A DNA stretch of 64,000 nucleotides from Caldisericia bacterium (GTDB taxonomy: Bacteria > Caldisericota > Caldisericia > B22-G15), in contig JAOAHY010000002.1 of assembly GCA_026414995.1 (NCBI GenBank), forward strand, positions 592-64,591, written 5' to 3'. Shown here piece after piece: positions 29,767 to 39,346 of the stretch; position 1 is the first letter of the stretch, and every line of letters begins with the position of its first letter. The notes below the pieces were generated by a model that was given only the letters and a program-made list of their open reading frames with translations, was not told the origin of the DNA and searched no databases. The translations under genes and the position numbers were made by a program.

Positions 29767-31114
29767 ACTTTTCTCCTTTCTCCTAATTTGTATTTTTTTA
29801 TTTTGTATTGAAGGGTTTGTCTTGGTATTTTTAAAATCTTACTTGCTTTAGATATATTTCTGTTTGAAATATTTAAAACTTCCTCAATTATCTTTTTTTC
29901 AAATTCAGATGATAACTCAGATAAACTCGACTCTTTAAAATAAATTGATCTTGGTAAATATGATTTTTTTATTATTTTTCCATGAGAATTTAAATATGAC
30001 GATTCAATTATGTAAAATAATTCTCCAACATTTCCTGGGAAGTTATAAGAAAGAAGAAAGTCTAAAAAATCATCACTAAATTTTTTTTCCTTTTTATATT
30101 TTTTATTGAGTTTATTTAGAAAATAATCTGATAGAAGTTTAATATCTTCTTTTCTCTCTCTTAAAGGTGGAATATCAAATTCAATTTTTGAAATTTCATA
30201 ATATAAATCTTTTTTAAGTTTTCCTTCTTTTATTGAAAAAATTGGTAAGGTCTCAATTGATGTTATTAATCTTCCTCCAAATTTACTACTTTCTAAAAGA
30301 TTTGTTAATTGATCCTGTAATCTTAGTGGAAGAGAATCTATATTTGCAAGATAAAGAGTTCCGCCATCTAATATGTGGATAAAACCCTCTTTAATTAATT
30401 TTTGTTTTGAATCATATATTCCAAAGATTATTTCTTCAAGTAGTGACTCCTCATAAGTTGAACAATTTAAATATAAAAATTTCTTTTCTTTTCTTTTTGA
30501 TATTGAGTGAATTATTTGAGAAAGTAATCTTTTTCCAACCTGTGGTTCACCAACAAGTAGTATAGGAGTATTAATGAGTCTTCAATTTTTTTAATATCTT
30601 CTTCTAATTTATTCATTTTCTGATAAATTTGTTCCAATAATACTTCTTGTTTTAAATCAACTTTATAATTTTGTTCTGCCATTAATTGATTTTTTTCTTC
30701 TTTTTTTCCACTCTGAAGTTCAATTATTTTTTCACTTAATTTTTTAACTTCTGTTATATCTCTTGATAGTTCAATTGCGCCAATTAGTTCTCCTCCATAA
30801 TATAAAGGAAAAGTTGTATTAAGAGTTGTTATTTCTTTTCCTTTATATGTTAAAAAAACTTGAAGTTTATTTATTATTGGTTCGCCTGTTTTTAAAACCT
30901 TTAGAAGAGTTGATGTTTCTGGTGTTAAAGATGGAAAAACTTCAAGAATATTTTTTCCGATAACTTCATCTTCAGATAGTCCTTCAAGTTTTGAATTTGC
31001 TTTGTTATAAAAAAGCGTAACACCATTTTTATCAATGATATGAATTCCTATATCAACATAATTTAAAAGTATATCAATTAATGATTCCCAAGGAAAATAT
31101 TTTATCCTTTCCAT
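29764..31114 (-). CDS. PAS-domain plus sigma54-activator-like (degenerate AAA+) plus Fis-type HTH regulator, interrupted by an apparent single-base frameshift near 30560-30585
   Basis: The PAS ORF (30512-31114) and a 273-codon open frame (29764-30582, in-frame stop at 30583-30585, no ATG/GTG/TTG, absent from the ORF track) encode an NtrC-like central domain. Walker A is degenerate ('GEPQVGKR'), Walker B is 'LANIDS' instead of DEIGE, and GAFTGA is replaced by 'DSKQKL'. C-terminal HTH is 'ISKASKILKIPRQTLQYKIKKY'. Confidence 0.6.
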
Positions 31115-31185
31115 TGTTAAAATTATATCATATTTTTAAAATAGAAATTTTGCCTAAAATTTAGCATATTTAATAAAAAAAAAAA

Positions 31186-32535
31186 TTAAATTTCTATACT
31201 TTTTGTTGCTTCATCAATTGCTTCATCTAAAATTTGAACTATTCTTTCTAAATCTTTATCTTCAATTACGAGTGGTGGTGCAATATAAGTTTTATCAACT
31301 GATGCTCTACAAAGATATAAACCTCTTTTATATGCAGCTTCCTCAACTCTCATAGCAAATCTTATGTTAGAAGGAATTCTCTCTTTTGTGCTTTTATCTT
31401 TAACATACTCAATTGCCCAATGAAGCCCAACGCCTCTTATATCACCAACTCTTTTGTGTTTCTTTAACTCATTTAATAGTTTTCCTAATTTTTCTCCTTT
31501 TTCTTTTGCTTTTTGAGGTAAATTTTCTTTTTCAATTAACTCTATATTTTTAAGAGCAGCAACAGTTGAAAGGCAGTGTCCTCCAAATGTGTGTCCATGG
31601 ACAAACATATTATCAACAAAAACTTCAAATAATTCTTCTTTAACGATCATTGCACCAAGAGGTGCGTAACCTGATGTTATCCCTTTTCCAAAAACCATAA
31701 TATCAGGGTCTAAATTAAAAAGTGAAGAACCAAAAAGTTCACCACATCTTCCCCATCCGTTTATAACTTCATCTGCAATTATTAAAATATTATTTTCTCT
31801 TGCAATAGTTTGAATCTCCTCAAAATATTTTTTTGGTGGAACAAGAGCACCTGCTGCACTCATAACTGGTTCCATTATTATTGCTGCAATTGTTCCTTTT
31901 CCTTCATAATAGACAATATCTTTAAAACATTTGGCGCATTCTACATTACATGAGTTTGGCTCTTTTCCAAAATCACATCTATAACAATATGGAGGAGAGA
32001 TATGAATAAAAAAAGGAAGAAGAGGTTCAAATGGTTGTCTATAGATTCTTAAACCTGTTGCAGAAAGTGCCCCATAAGTTACCCCATGATATGATTCTCT
32101 TCTAGAAACAATTTTCTTTTTTTCTGGATAACCTTTAATTGCCCAGTATTGTCTTGCAAATTTAATAGCTGATTCAACTGCCTCTGATCCACCAGAGATA
32201 AAAAATGTTGTCTTTAGTGTTGATGGAGTTATTTTACTTAATTTATCAGCAAGTTTTATTGCTGGTTCATTAAAATAACCTCCAAATAAACTTGCATAAT
32301 TTATTTTTTCAAGTTGTTCTTTAAGGGATTCAATTATCTCTTTTCTTCCATGGCCTATATTTACTGTCCAAAGAATAGACAAACCATCTATATACTCTTT
32401 TCCATCAATATCATAAATTTTTGCACCATCTCCTTTTACAATAATTTTTGGCCCTTTCTCTCTTATCTCTTTAACAAAAGCATAATGAGGTAAAACATTG
32501 CTCTCAGCAATTTTTATGAGTTCATTTTTATCCAT
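31186..32535 (-). CDS. class III (omega) aminotransferase, candidate 3-aminobutyryl-CoA aminotransferase (Kat) by context
   Basis: 449 aa. PLP-lysine region 'DEVINGWGRCGELF'. Carries an unusual Cys-rich insert 'YCYRCDFGKEPNSCNVECAKC'. Located directly upstream of the lysine-fermentation operon, which lacks kal. Confidence 0.55.
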   Translation of the reverse strand: MDKNELIKIAESNVLPHYAFVKEIREKGPKIIVKGDGAKIYDIDGKEYIDGLSILWTVNIGHGRKEIIESLKEQLEKINYASLFGGYFNEPAIKLADKLSKITPSTLKTTFFISGGSEAVESAIKFARQYWAIKGYPEKKKIVSRRESYHGVTYGALSATGLRIYRQPFEPLLPFFIHISPPYCYRCDFGKEPNSCNVECAKCFKDIVYYEGKGTIAAIIMEPVMSAAGALVPPKKYFEEIQTIARENNILIIADEVINGWGRCGELFGSSLFNLDPDIMVFGKGITSGYAPLGAMIVKEELFEVFVDNMFVHGHTFGGHCLSTVAALKNIELIEKENLPQKAKEKGEKLGKLLNELKKHKRVGDIRGVGLHWAIEYVKDKSTKERIPSNIRFAMRVEEAAYKRGLYLCRASVDKTYIAPPLVIEDKDLERIVQILDEAIDEATKSIEI

Positions 32536-32584
32536 AATAACCTCCTATTTTATTAAACTATTCAAAAAAATTATAACATCTAAC

Positions 32585-33589
32585 TTATTTTTTCTTTAGA
32601 TAAGGATTTTTATTAATTGGTAAAGATGCAATTGCATCAAGATTATAATCTGAAAAATAACCCTCAAGAAAATATTTTTCCCCAACAAGAGCAATCATTC
32701 CTCCATTATCAGTTGAAAATTCAAATGAAGGAAAATAAAATTCAAAATTAGAGTTTAAATTAAAATATTTTCTCAAAAATTTACTTGCTGAAACTCCTCC
32801 AACAACTGAAACTTTATTTATTCTAAATTCATCATAAGCAAGTTTTATATTTCTCATTAAAGATTCATAGATAGAATAAAACATAGATGAAACTAAATCT
32901 TCAACTTTGTAATCACCTTTATTTATTATATTTAACACTTCTGTTTTTAAACCTGAAAAGGAAAAAGAATATCTTTTTTTCTTATCTTTGAATTTTGGAA
33001 TTGAAAATTTAAATCTATTTGGATCTCCTTTAAGAGCAAGTTCATCAAGCATCTTTCCAGCAGGATAATCAAAACCTAATCTTCTTCCAATTTTATCAAT
33101 AACTTCACCTGCTGAATCATCAACTGTTTCACCGAGAAGTTTATATTTAAGATTCTCTTCAACAATTAATAAAATCGTGTGTCCTCCTGAAATAATTAGT
33201 GATAAAAATGGAAATTCTAAATTATGATCAAAAAAAATTGAATATATATGCCCTTCAAGGTGGTTAACACCGATTAATGGTATTGAAAGAGAGTAAGAAA
33301 TGGTTTTAGCAAATTCAACACCAACAAGAAGTGAACCAACAAGACCTGGACCTATGGTTACAGAAACACCATCAATTTTATCAAGAGAAATTCCACTTTT
33401 CTTTTCAAGATCTTCTAAAACAAATGGGAAAATTTCAAGTTGTTTTCTTGCAGCAATTTCTGGAACTACTCCCCCATAACTTTTGTGAAAATCCTCAGAT
33501 GTAGCTCTTACCATGGAAATTAGTTTTCCATCACTAACTATTGCCATTGATGTATCATCACAGGATGTTTCAACTCCTAAAACTTTCAT
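32585..33589 (-). CDS. tsaD: tRNA N6-adenosine threonylcarbamoyltransferase
   Basis: 334 aa. 'VLGVETSCDDTSMAIV' and HxxH-containing Kae1/TsaD family. Confidence 0.85.
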   Translation of the reverse strand: MKVLGVETSCDDTSMAIVSDGKLISMVRATSEDFHKSYGGVVPEIAARKQLEIFPFVLEDLEKKSGISLDKIDGVSVTIGPGLVGSLLVGVEFAKTISYSLSIPLIGVNHLEGHIYSIFFDHNLEFPFLSLIISGGHTILLIVEENLKYKLLGETVDDSAGEVIDKIGRRLGFDYPAGKMLDELALKGDPNRFKFSIPKFKDKKKRYSFSFSGLKTEVLNIINKGDYKVEDLVSSMFYSIYESLMRNIKLAYDEFRINKVSVVGGVSASKFLRKYFNLNSNFEFYFPSFEFSTDNGGMIALVGEKYFLEGYFSDYNLDAIASLPINKNPYLKKK

Positions 33590-33605
33590 ATGTAATTAAA
33601 TTTTA

Positions 33606-34532
33606 TCATATATCAATATAATCGAGCCATCCATATTTATCTTCTTCTTTGCCCTCAACTATGTTAGAATATTTTTCCTGAAGCAATCTTGTTATTTCTC
33701 CAATCTCACCTTTTCCAACTTTAATCTTATCTACACTTATAACTGGTGTTACTTCAGCAGCAGTTCCTACTAAAAATATCTCATCAGCAATATAAAGTGC
33801 TTCTCTTGGCATGAATTCAACTCTAACTTCAATTCCAAGATCTCTTGCCAACTTAATAATTGAATCTCTTGTTATTCCTTCCAAAATTGATGAAGATAGA
33901 GGTGGCGTATAAAGTATACCATTTTTTACAAGAAAGATATTTTCTCCACTTCCTTCACTTATATAACCAAAATAATCAAGAAGAATTGCCTCTTGAAATC
34001 CATAACTTACAACTTCCATTAAAGCAAGTTGAGAATTTAGATAATTACCACTTGCTTTTGCCATAGCAGGTAAAGTATCAGGTGCAAATTTTCTCCATGA
34101 AGAAACCATTACATTCAACCCTTTTTTTATATTTTCATCTCCAAGATATCTTCCAAGATCAAAAGCAATAATAGATACTTCAACTGGAACATTTAGTGGA
34201 TTTGGTGCAATAGTTCCATATCCTCTATAAACTATAGGTCTTATATATGCAGATTCTAAATCATTTTTCCTTATCAACTCTTTTGTTGCTTCCCTTAATT
34301 CTTCAACTGAATAAGGAATCTCCATTCTATAAATTTTTGCAGAATTTTTTAATCTAATAAGGTGGTCTTTTAATCTAAAAATCTCTGGACCTTTGTCTGT
34401 TTTATAACACCTTATACCTTCAAAAACACCAGAACCATAATGAATTACATGTGATAGAATATGAATTTTTGCATCCCACCAGTTAACAAATTCACCATTC
34501 ATCCAAATAAATTTAGCCTCCTTAATCGGCAT
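33606..34532 (-). CDS. ilvE: branched-chain amino acid aminotransferase (class IV)
   Basis: 308 aa. 'HYGSGVFEGIRCY' and fold-type IV family features. Confidence 0.8.
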   Translation of the reverse strand: MPIKEAKFIWMNGEFVNWWDAKIHILSHVIHYGSGVFEGIRCYKTDKGPEIFRLKDHLIRLKNSAKIYRMEIPYSVEELREATKELIRKNDLESAYIRPIVYRGYGTIAPNPLNVPVEVSIIAFDLGRYLGDENIKKGLNVMVSSWRKFAPDTLPAMAKASGNYLNSQLALMEVVSYGFQEAILLDYFGYISEGSGENIFLVKNGILYTPPLSSSILEGITRDSIIKLARDLGIEVRVEFMPREALYIADEIFLVGTAAEVTPVISVDKIKVGKGEIGEITRLLQEKYSNIVEGKEEDKYGWLDYIDI

Positions 34533-34651
34533 GGCTCCTCCTTTTTATATGATAAATATAATTAAACAATATTTTATGATAAATTTAATTTAATTCAATA
34601 AATTTTTATATCAAAGCATAAAATAATTTAAATTGAAATAATTAACTTTAT

Positions 34652-35746
34652 TTGAAAGAAATCTTTTTAAGAGTTATAATTTTTAAAGTTATGTATCCAA
34701 GACTAATTATTAACATAAAAGCAATAGGTGAGAATTATTTAAAAATAAAGAAAAAATGTGAGGAGTTAGGAGTTGAAGTTGTTCCTGTAACAAAAGTTGT
34801 TAGAGGTGATGAAAACATAGTTAGAACTCTTGTTTCTCTTGGTGCTAAAGTTATAGGTGATTCAAGAGTTAAAAATATAAAAAATTTTTCTCATATTAAA
34901 GTAAATACACTTCTTTTAAGAGCACCTTCTTTTTCAGAGATAGAAGAAACATCTGATTTGGTTGATATCTCTTTAGAAACAGAACTTTCTACAATTGAAA
35001 AACTTTCACTCTCTTTAAAAAAGAAAGGTAAAAAACATGGAGTAATTGTTATGGTGGAAGTTGGAGAATTAAGAGAGGGAGTTATGCCAGAAGAAGTTAT
35101 TCCTTTTGTGAAGAAGTTGATAACATTTCCAAATATTGAATTTCTTGGTCTTGGAACAAATACAACATGTTTTTCTGGAATCATTCCAGATGAAAAAAAT
35201 TTAAAAGTTTTATATGATTTAAAGATAAAACTCGAAGATGAAGGGATTCCTGTAAAAATTATTTCAGGAGGTGGATCAAATTTACTAAAAATGATATGGG
35301 ATAAAAAGTTACCTAATTTTATAAACCAAGTAAGAGTTGGAGAAGGCATATTTTGTGGAGTTGAAGCAATAAAAAGAGAGAGACTTCCTGGTTTAAGAGA
35401 AGATACATTTTTACTTGAAGCAGAGTTAATTGAAGTTAAAAGAAAACCATCAAAACCATGGGGAGAGAGAACAAAAGATGCTTTTGGAGAAGAAGTTGAA
35501 TTTAAAGATGAAGGTGAAATGATAAGGGGGATTCTTTCTCTTGGAAGACAAGATGTAAATTTAGGTGGAATAAAAAACGACGAAGATATTAAAATAGTTG
35601 GTGCATCAAGTGATCATATGGTTATCAATTTAAATAAAAGATACTTTTCAAAAGTTGGAGATGTAATTTCGTTCAGGTTAAATTACTCAGGTGTTTTATC
35701 TGCAATGACTTCTCCTTATATAGAAAAAATTTACATTGAAGAATGA
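34652..35746 (+). CDS. alanine-racemase-family PLP enzyme (Orr/YhfX-like putative amino-acid racemase)
   Basis: 364 aa (true start possibly the Met at 34691). Ala_racemase_N-type TIM barrel plus C-terminal beta domain. Confidence 0.5.
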   Translation: MKEIFLRVIIFKVMYPRLIINIKAIGENYLKIKKKCEELGVEVVPVTKVVRGDENIVRTLVSLGAKVIGDSRVKNIKNFSHIKVNTLLLRAPSFSEIEETSDLVDISLETELSTIEKLSLSLKKKGKKHGVIVMVEVGELREGVMPEEVIPFVKKLITFPNIEFLGLGTNTTCFSGIIPDEKNLKVLYDLKIKLEDEGIPVKIISGGGSNLLKMIWDKKLPNFINQVRVGEGIFCGVEAIKRERLPGLREDTFLLEAELIEVKRKPSKPWGERTKDAFGEEVEFKDEGEMIRGILSLGRQDVNLGGIKNDEDIKIVGASSDHMVINLNKRYFSKVGDVISFRLNYSGVLSAMTSPYIEKIYIEE

Positions 35747-36267
35747 AATATAAACTATTTTTCACATTTTTGAAAATAAGCACATTAACTTTGGGTGGTG
35801 GTTATGCAATGGTTCCAATAATTGAAAGAGAAATCATAAAGAAAAATGTAATTGAAAAAGAAGAATTTTTGAACCTTTTCTCAAAAGCACAAAGTTCACC
35901 TGGTCCTATTGCAGTAAACACTGCATTTATGGTTGGAATGAAACTTGGCGGAGTTATGCTTGGACTTTATTATGTTTTAGGAGTTTTTATTCCTCCATTT
36001 TTTGCTATTTTAATAGTAGCTTCACTTTTCAAAAAATATATTGATATTTTATATGTCCAACATTTTTTAGAGGGAATAAGAGTTGGAATTTCAATAATAT
36101 TGATTAACTTTTTATTAGGGATAATAAAAAACTTTAAAATTATTGAAGCAATTTTTCTTTTATTTGGGTTTTTATTAATCTTTCTTTTTAAACTTCACTC
36201 AATTTATACACTCGTTTTAATAACCTTTTTTTATTTTGTTTTTACATCCAAAAGGAATAAAAAATGA
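35743..36267 (+). CDS. chromate transporter (ChrA) family protein, half-size paralogue 1
   Basis: 174 aa. 'GGGYAMVPIIEREII' CHR-family signature. 4-nt overlap with its paralogue. Confidence 0.7.
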   Translation: MKYKLFFTFLKISTLTLGGGYAMVPIIEREIIKKNVIEKEEFLNLFSKAQSSPGPIAVNTAFMVGMKLGGVMLGLYYVLGVFIPPFFAILIVASLFKKYIDILYVQHFLEGIRVGISIILINFLLGIIKNFKIIEAIFLLFGFLLIFLFKLHSIYTLVLITFFYFVFTSKRNKK

Positions 36268-36788
36268 TTCTAAAATTATTTTTTATATTTTTTAAAATAG
36301 GTTTATTTTCTTATGGTGGTGGTTGGAGTGCTTTATCAATAATAAAAGATGAACTTGTAAATGTTTACAAATTAATAACTCTAAAAGAGTTTCTTGATAT
36401 GGTTTCAATAGCCGAAATAACACCAGGACCTATTGCTTTAAATATAGCAACTTATACAGGAAATAAATTTGCTTCATTCACTGGTGGATTTTTTGCCTCA
36501 ATTGGTTTGATTATGCCTGGAATAATTATATTGATTCTATTAGAAACAATTTTAAATTTTCTAAATAAAAAGTATGATCTTTCAAATTTTTATAAAAGTT
36601 TAAGAGTAGGAGTTGCTGTTTTAGTTTTATTTGCAACATATCTAATTACATCAAATTCAATAATAGATTTAAAAACATTTATAATTTTTTTAACTCTTCT
36701 AATGTTAATTTTTATAAAAAAAGAAATTCATCCACTTATTGTTGTTTTTCTTGGTGGTATAGGTGTTATGCTTATTAAAATGATATAA
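36264..36788 (+). CDS. chromate transporter (ChrA) family protein, half-size paralogue 2
   Basis: 174 aa. 'GGGWSALSIIKDELV' and 'TPGPIALN' CHR motifs. Confidence 0.7.
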   Translation: MILKLFFIFFKIGLFSYGGGWSALSIIKDELVNVYKLITLKEFLDMVSIAEITPGPIALNIATYTGNKFASFTGGFFASIGLIMPGIIILILLETILNFLNKKYDLSNFYKSLRVGVAVLVLFATYLITSNSIIDLKTFIIFLTLLMLIFIKKEIHPLIVVFLGGIGVMLIKMI

Positions 36789-36816
36789 TTTTTTAAAAAG
36801 TTGAAAGGAGGAAAAA

Positions 36817-38394
36817 ATGGAAATAAAGGAATTTTTAGATAAGGTAAACAGTGAGTTAAAGGAATTAATTAAAGAAGTTAGTCTAAATTATTGGAATCTC
36901 GCAACAACTGGTCAAAGAGAATGGGAAGAAAAATTAAAAGAAAGTGACTTAAAATTGAGAAGATATCTTTCAGACAAAGAGAAATTTAAATTAGTTGAAA
37001 AATATTTAAAAGATACATCATTATCAAAAATTGAATATAGAGAGCTTCTTCTTTTAAGAAATGAGATGCTTCCAAATCAAATTAGTGAGGACAAATTAAA
37101 AGAGTTATCAACAAAAGAAATTGAGATTGAATCAATTTTTGTAAATTTTAGAGGAAAAATTGATGGAAAGGAAGTCAGTGATAATGAAATTGTAGAAATT
37201 TTAAGAAATGAAAAAGATTCAAACTTAAGAAAAAAGGCATGGGAAGCTAGTAAAGAAATAGGAGAAGTTGTTGCTCCAAAAATATATGACTTAGTTAAAC
37301 TTAGAAATTCAATAGCAAGAGATTTTGGTTATTCAAATTATTATGAGATGATGTTTGAATTACAAGAACTAAATGTAAATGAAGTTCACAAAATGTTTAA
37401 AGATTTTAAATCCAAAACAGATACATCTTTTATGATTATTAAAGATGAGGTAGATGAAAGAGTTGCAAGTAAACTAGGAGTTTCACAAGAAAATTTAATG
37501 CCTTGGCATTATAGTGATAGATTTTTCCAAGAGGCACCTAATGTATATAATATTCCTTTTGATGTAATATTTAAAAATAGAAATATTGAAGATTTAACAA
37601 AAAGAACCTATTTAGAAATTGGAATGGAAGTGGAAGAAATTTTAAAAAGAAGTGATCTTTATGAAAGAAAAGGCAAAAATCAACATGCTTTTTGTATTTT
37701 TATAGATAGAGAAGATGATGTAAGAATTCTTGCTAATATAAGACCAAATGAAAAATGGGCTGAAACAATGCTTCATGAGATGGGTCATGCAGTTTACGAT
37801 AAATATATAGATAAAACTTTACCTGTTATTTTAAGAACTCCCTCTCACATATTTACTACAGAAGCAGTAGCTATGTTTTTTGGAAGATTATCAAGAAGAC
37901 CAGAGTGGTATAAAAAAATTGTAAGATTAGATGAGAGTGAGGTTGAAAAGTTTGAAAACGAACTACACATTTCTTTGAGAGATCAACTTATGATATCAGC
38001 AAGGTGGATAATTAATTTTGTTTTCTTTGAAAGAGAACTTTATGAAAGAGAAGAAAATATAGATTCACTTTGGTATGATTTCGTTTCTCAAAATCAATTT
38101 TTAAATATTCCAGAAGAAAGAAGAGGAAAACCCGATTGGGCTGCAAAAATCCATTTTGGAACAAATCCAGTATATTATCAAAATTATCTTCTAGGTGAAA
38201 TGATGGCTTCTCAAATGAGATTTTATTTAAAAGAGAATATATCAGATGATATTTTTAACAAAAAAGTCGGTGCATTTTTTATAAATAAAATATTCAAACC
38301 AGGGGCAAGTTTAAGATGGGATGAACTTTTAATTCAATCAACTGGTGAAACACTAAACCCAGATTATCTTGTAAAAGAAGTTTCAATAATCTAA
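36817..38394 (+). CDS. zinc metallopeptidase, M32 carboxypeptidase-Taq-like (HEMGH)
   Basis: 525 aa. 'MLHEMGHAVYD' HExxH and a downstream 'DWAAKIHFGT...YYQNYLLG' region resembling the M32 'GxxQDxHW...YxxTYxLG' block. Confidence 0.5.
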   Translation: MEIKEFLDKVNSELKELIKEVSLNYWNLATTGQREWEEKLKESDLKLRRYLSDKEKFKLVEKYLKDTSLSKIEYRELLLLRNEMLPNQISEDKLKELSTKEIEIESIFVNFRGKIDGKEVSDNEIVEILRNEKDSNLRKKAWEASKEIGEVVAPKIYDLVKLRNSIARDFGYSNYYEMMFELQELNVNEVHKMFKDFKSKTDTSFMIIKDEVDERVASKLGVSQENLMPWHYSDRFFQEAPNVYNIPFDVIFKNRNIEDLTKRTYLEIGMEVEEILKRSDLYERKGKNQHAFCIFIDREDDVRILANIRPNEKWAETMLHEMGHAVYDKYIDKTLPVILRTPSHIFTTEAVAMFFGRLSRRPEWYKKIVRLDESEVEKFENELHISLRDQLMISARWIINFVFFERELYEREENIDSLWYDFVSQNQFLNIPEERRGKPDWAAKIHFGTNPVYYQNYLLGEMMASQMRFYLKENISDDIFNKKVGAFFINKIFKPGASLRWDELLIQSTGETLNPDYLVKEVSII

Positions 38395-38406
38395 TAAGGA
38401 GGAAAT

Positions 38407-39327
38407 ATGAGTTTAAAGGGAAGAGATCTATTAACTCTCTATGACTTTACAAAAGAGGAATTAAATTTATTTTTAAAAGCAGGTGAAGAGCTAAAATTAA
38501 AATCAAAAATGGGAGAAAAAACACCAATTCTTTCAGGTAAAAAGCTTGGAATGATTTTTGAAAAACCATCTACAAGAACTAGAGTTTCTTTTGAAGTTGC
38601 AATGTATGAACTTGGAGGACATGCAATTTATCTTTCATCTAGTGAACTACAACTTAAAAGAGGTGAAACAATTGCAGATACAGCAAGAGTTTTATCAAGA
38701 TATCTTGATGGCATTATGGCAAGAGTTTTTTCTCATAAAGATTTGGTTGAACTTGCAAAATATGCTTCAATTCCAGTTATAAATGGACTCTCTGACATGT
38801 TTCATCCCTGTCAAGTTTTAGGTGATCTTTTAACTATTAAAGAAAAGAAGGGAAGATTAGAAGGGATAAAACTAACTTATGTTGGAGATGGAAACAATGT
38901 TTGTCACTCTTTAATGATTGGTGGTGTTAAAATGGGGCTTAAAGTTGTTGTATCAACTCCAAAAGAATATGAACCAAATCCAGAAGTTGTAAAAATGGCA
39001 AAAGAAGGTGAAAAATATGGTGGAGAACTCATATTAATTGAAGATCCTATTGAAGCAGTTAAAGATAGCGATGTTATATATACTGATGTTTGGGTTTCTA
39101 TGGGTCAGGAAGATAGTGAAATTAAAAAGAAAAAACTAGAGATTTATCAAGTAAATAAAGAACTTGTAAAATATGCAAAAGAAGATTTTATTTTTATGCA
39201 TTGTTTACCTGCTCACAGAGGAGAAGAGGTAGTTGATGAAGTTATAGATAGTGCTAATTCAGTTGTTTTTGATCAAGCAGAAAATAGATTACATATTCAA
39301 AAGGGAATTTTATCTTTGCTTTTATAA
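38407..39327 (+). CDS. argF: ornithine carbamoyltransferase
   Basis: 306 aa. 'STRTRVSFE' carbamoyl-phosphate site and 'HCLPAHRGEEV' ornithine site. Confidence 0.8.
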   Translation: MSLKGRDLLTLYDFTKEELNLFLKAGEELKLKSKMGEKTPILSGKKLGMIFEKPSTRTRVSFEVAMYELGGHAIYLSSSELQLKRGETIADTARVLSRYLDGIMARVFSHKDLVELAKYASIPVINGLSDMFHPCQVLGDLLTIKEKKGRLEGIKLTYVGDGNNVCHSLMIGGVKMGLKVVVSTPKEYEPNPEVVKMAKEGEKYGGELILIEDPIEAVKDSDVIYTDVWVSMGQEDSEIKKKKLEIYQVNKELVKYAKEDFIFMHCLPAHRGEEVVDEVIDSANSVVFDQAENRLHIQKGILSLLL

Positions 39328-39346
39328 AACTGATGAGGTTTAAAAA

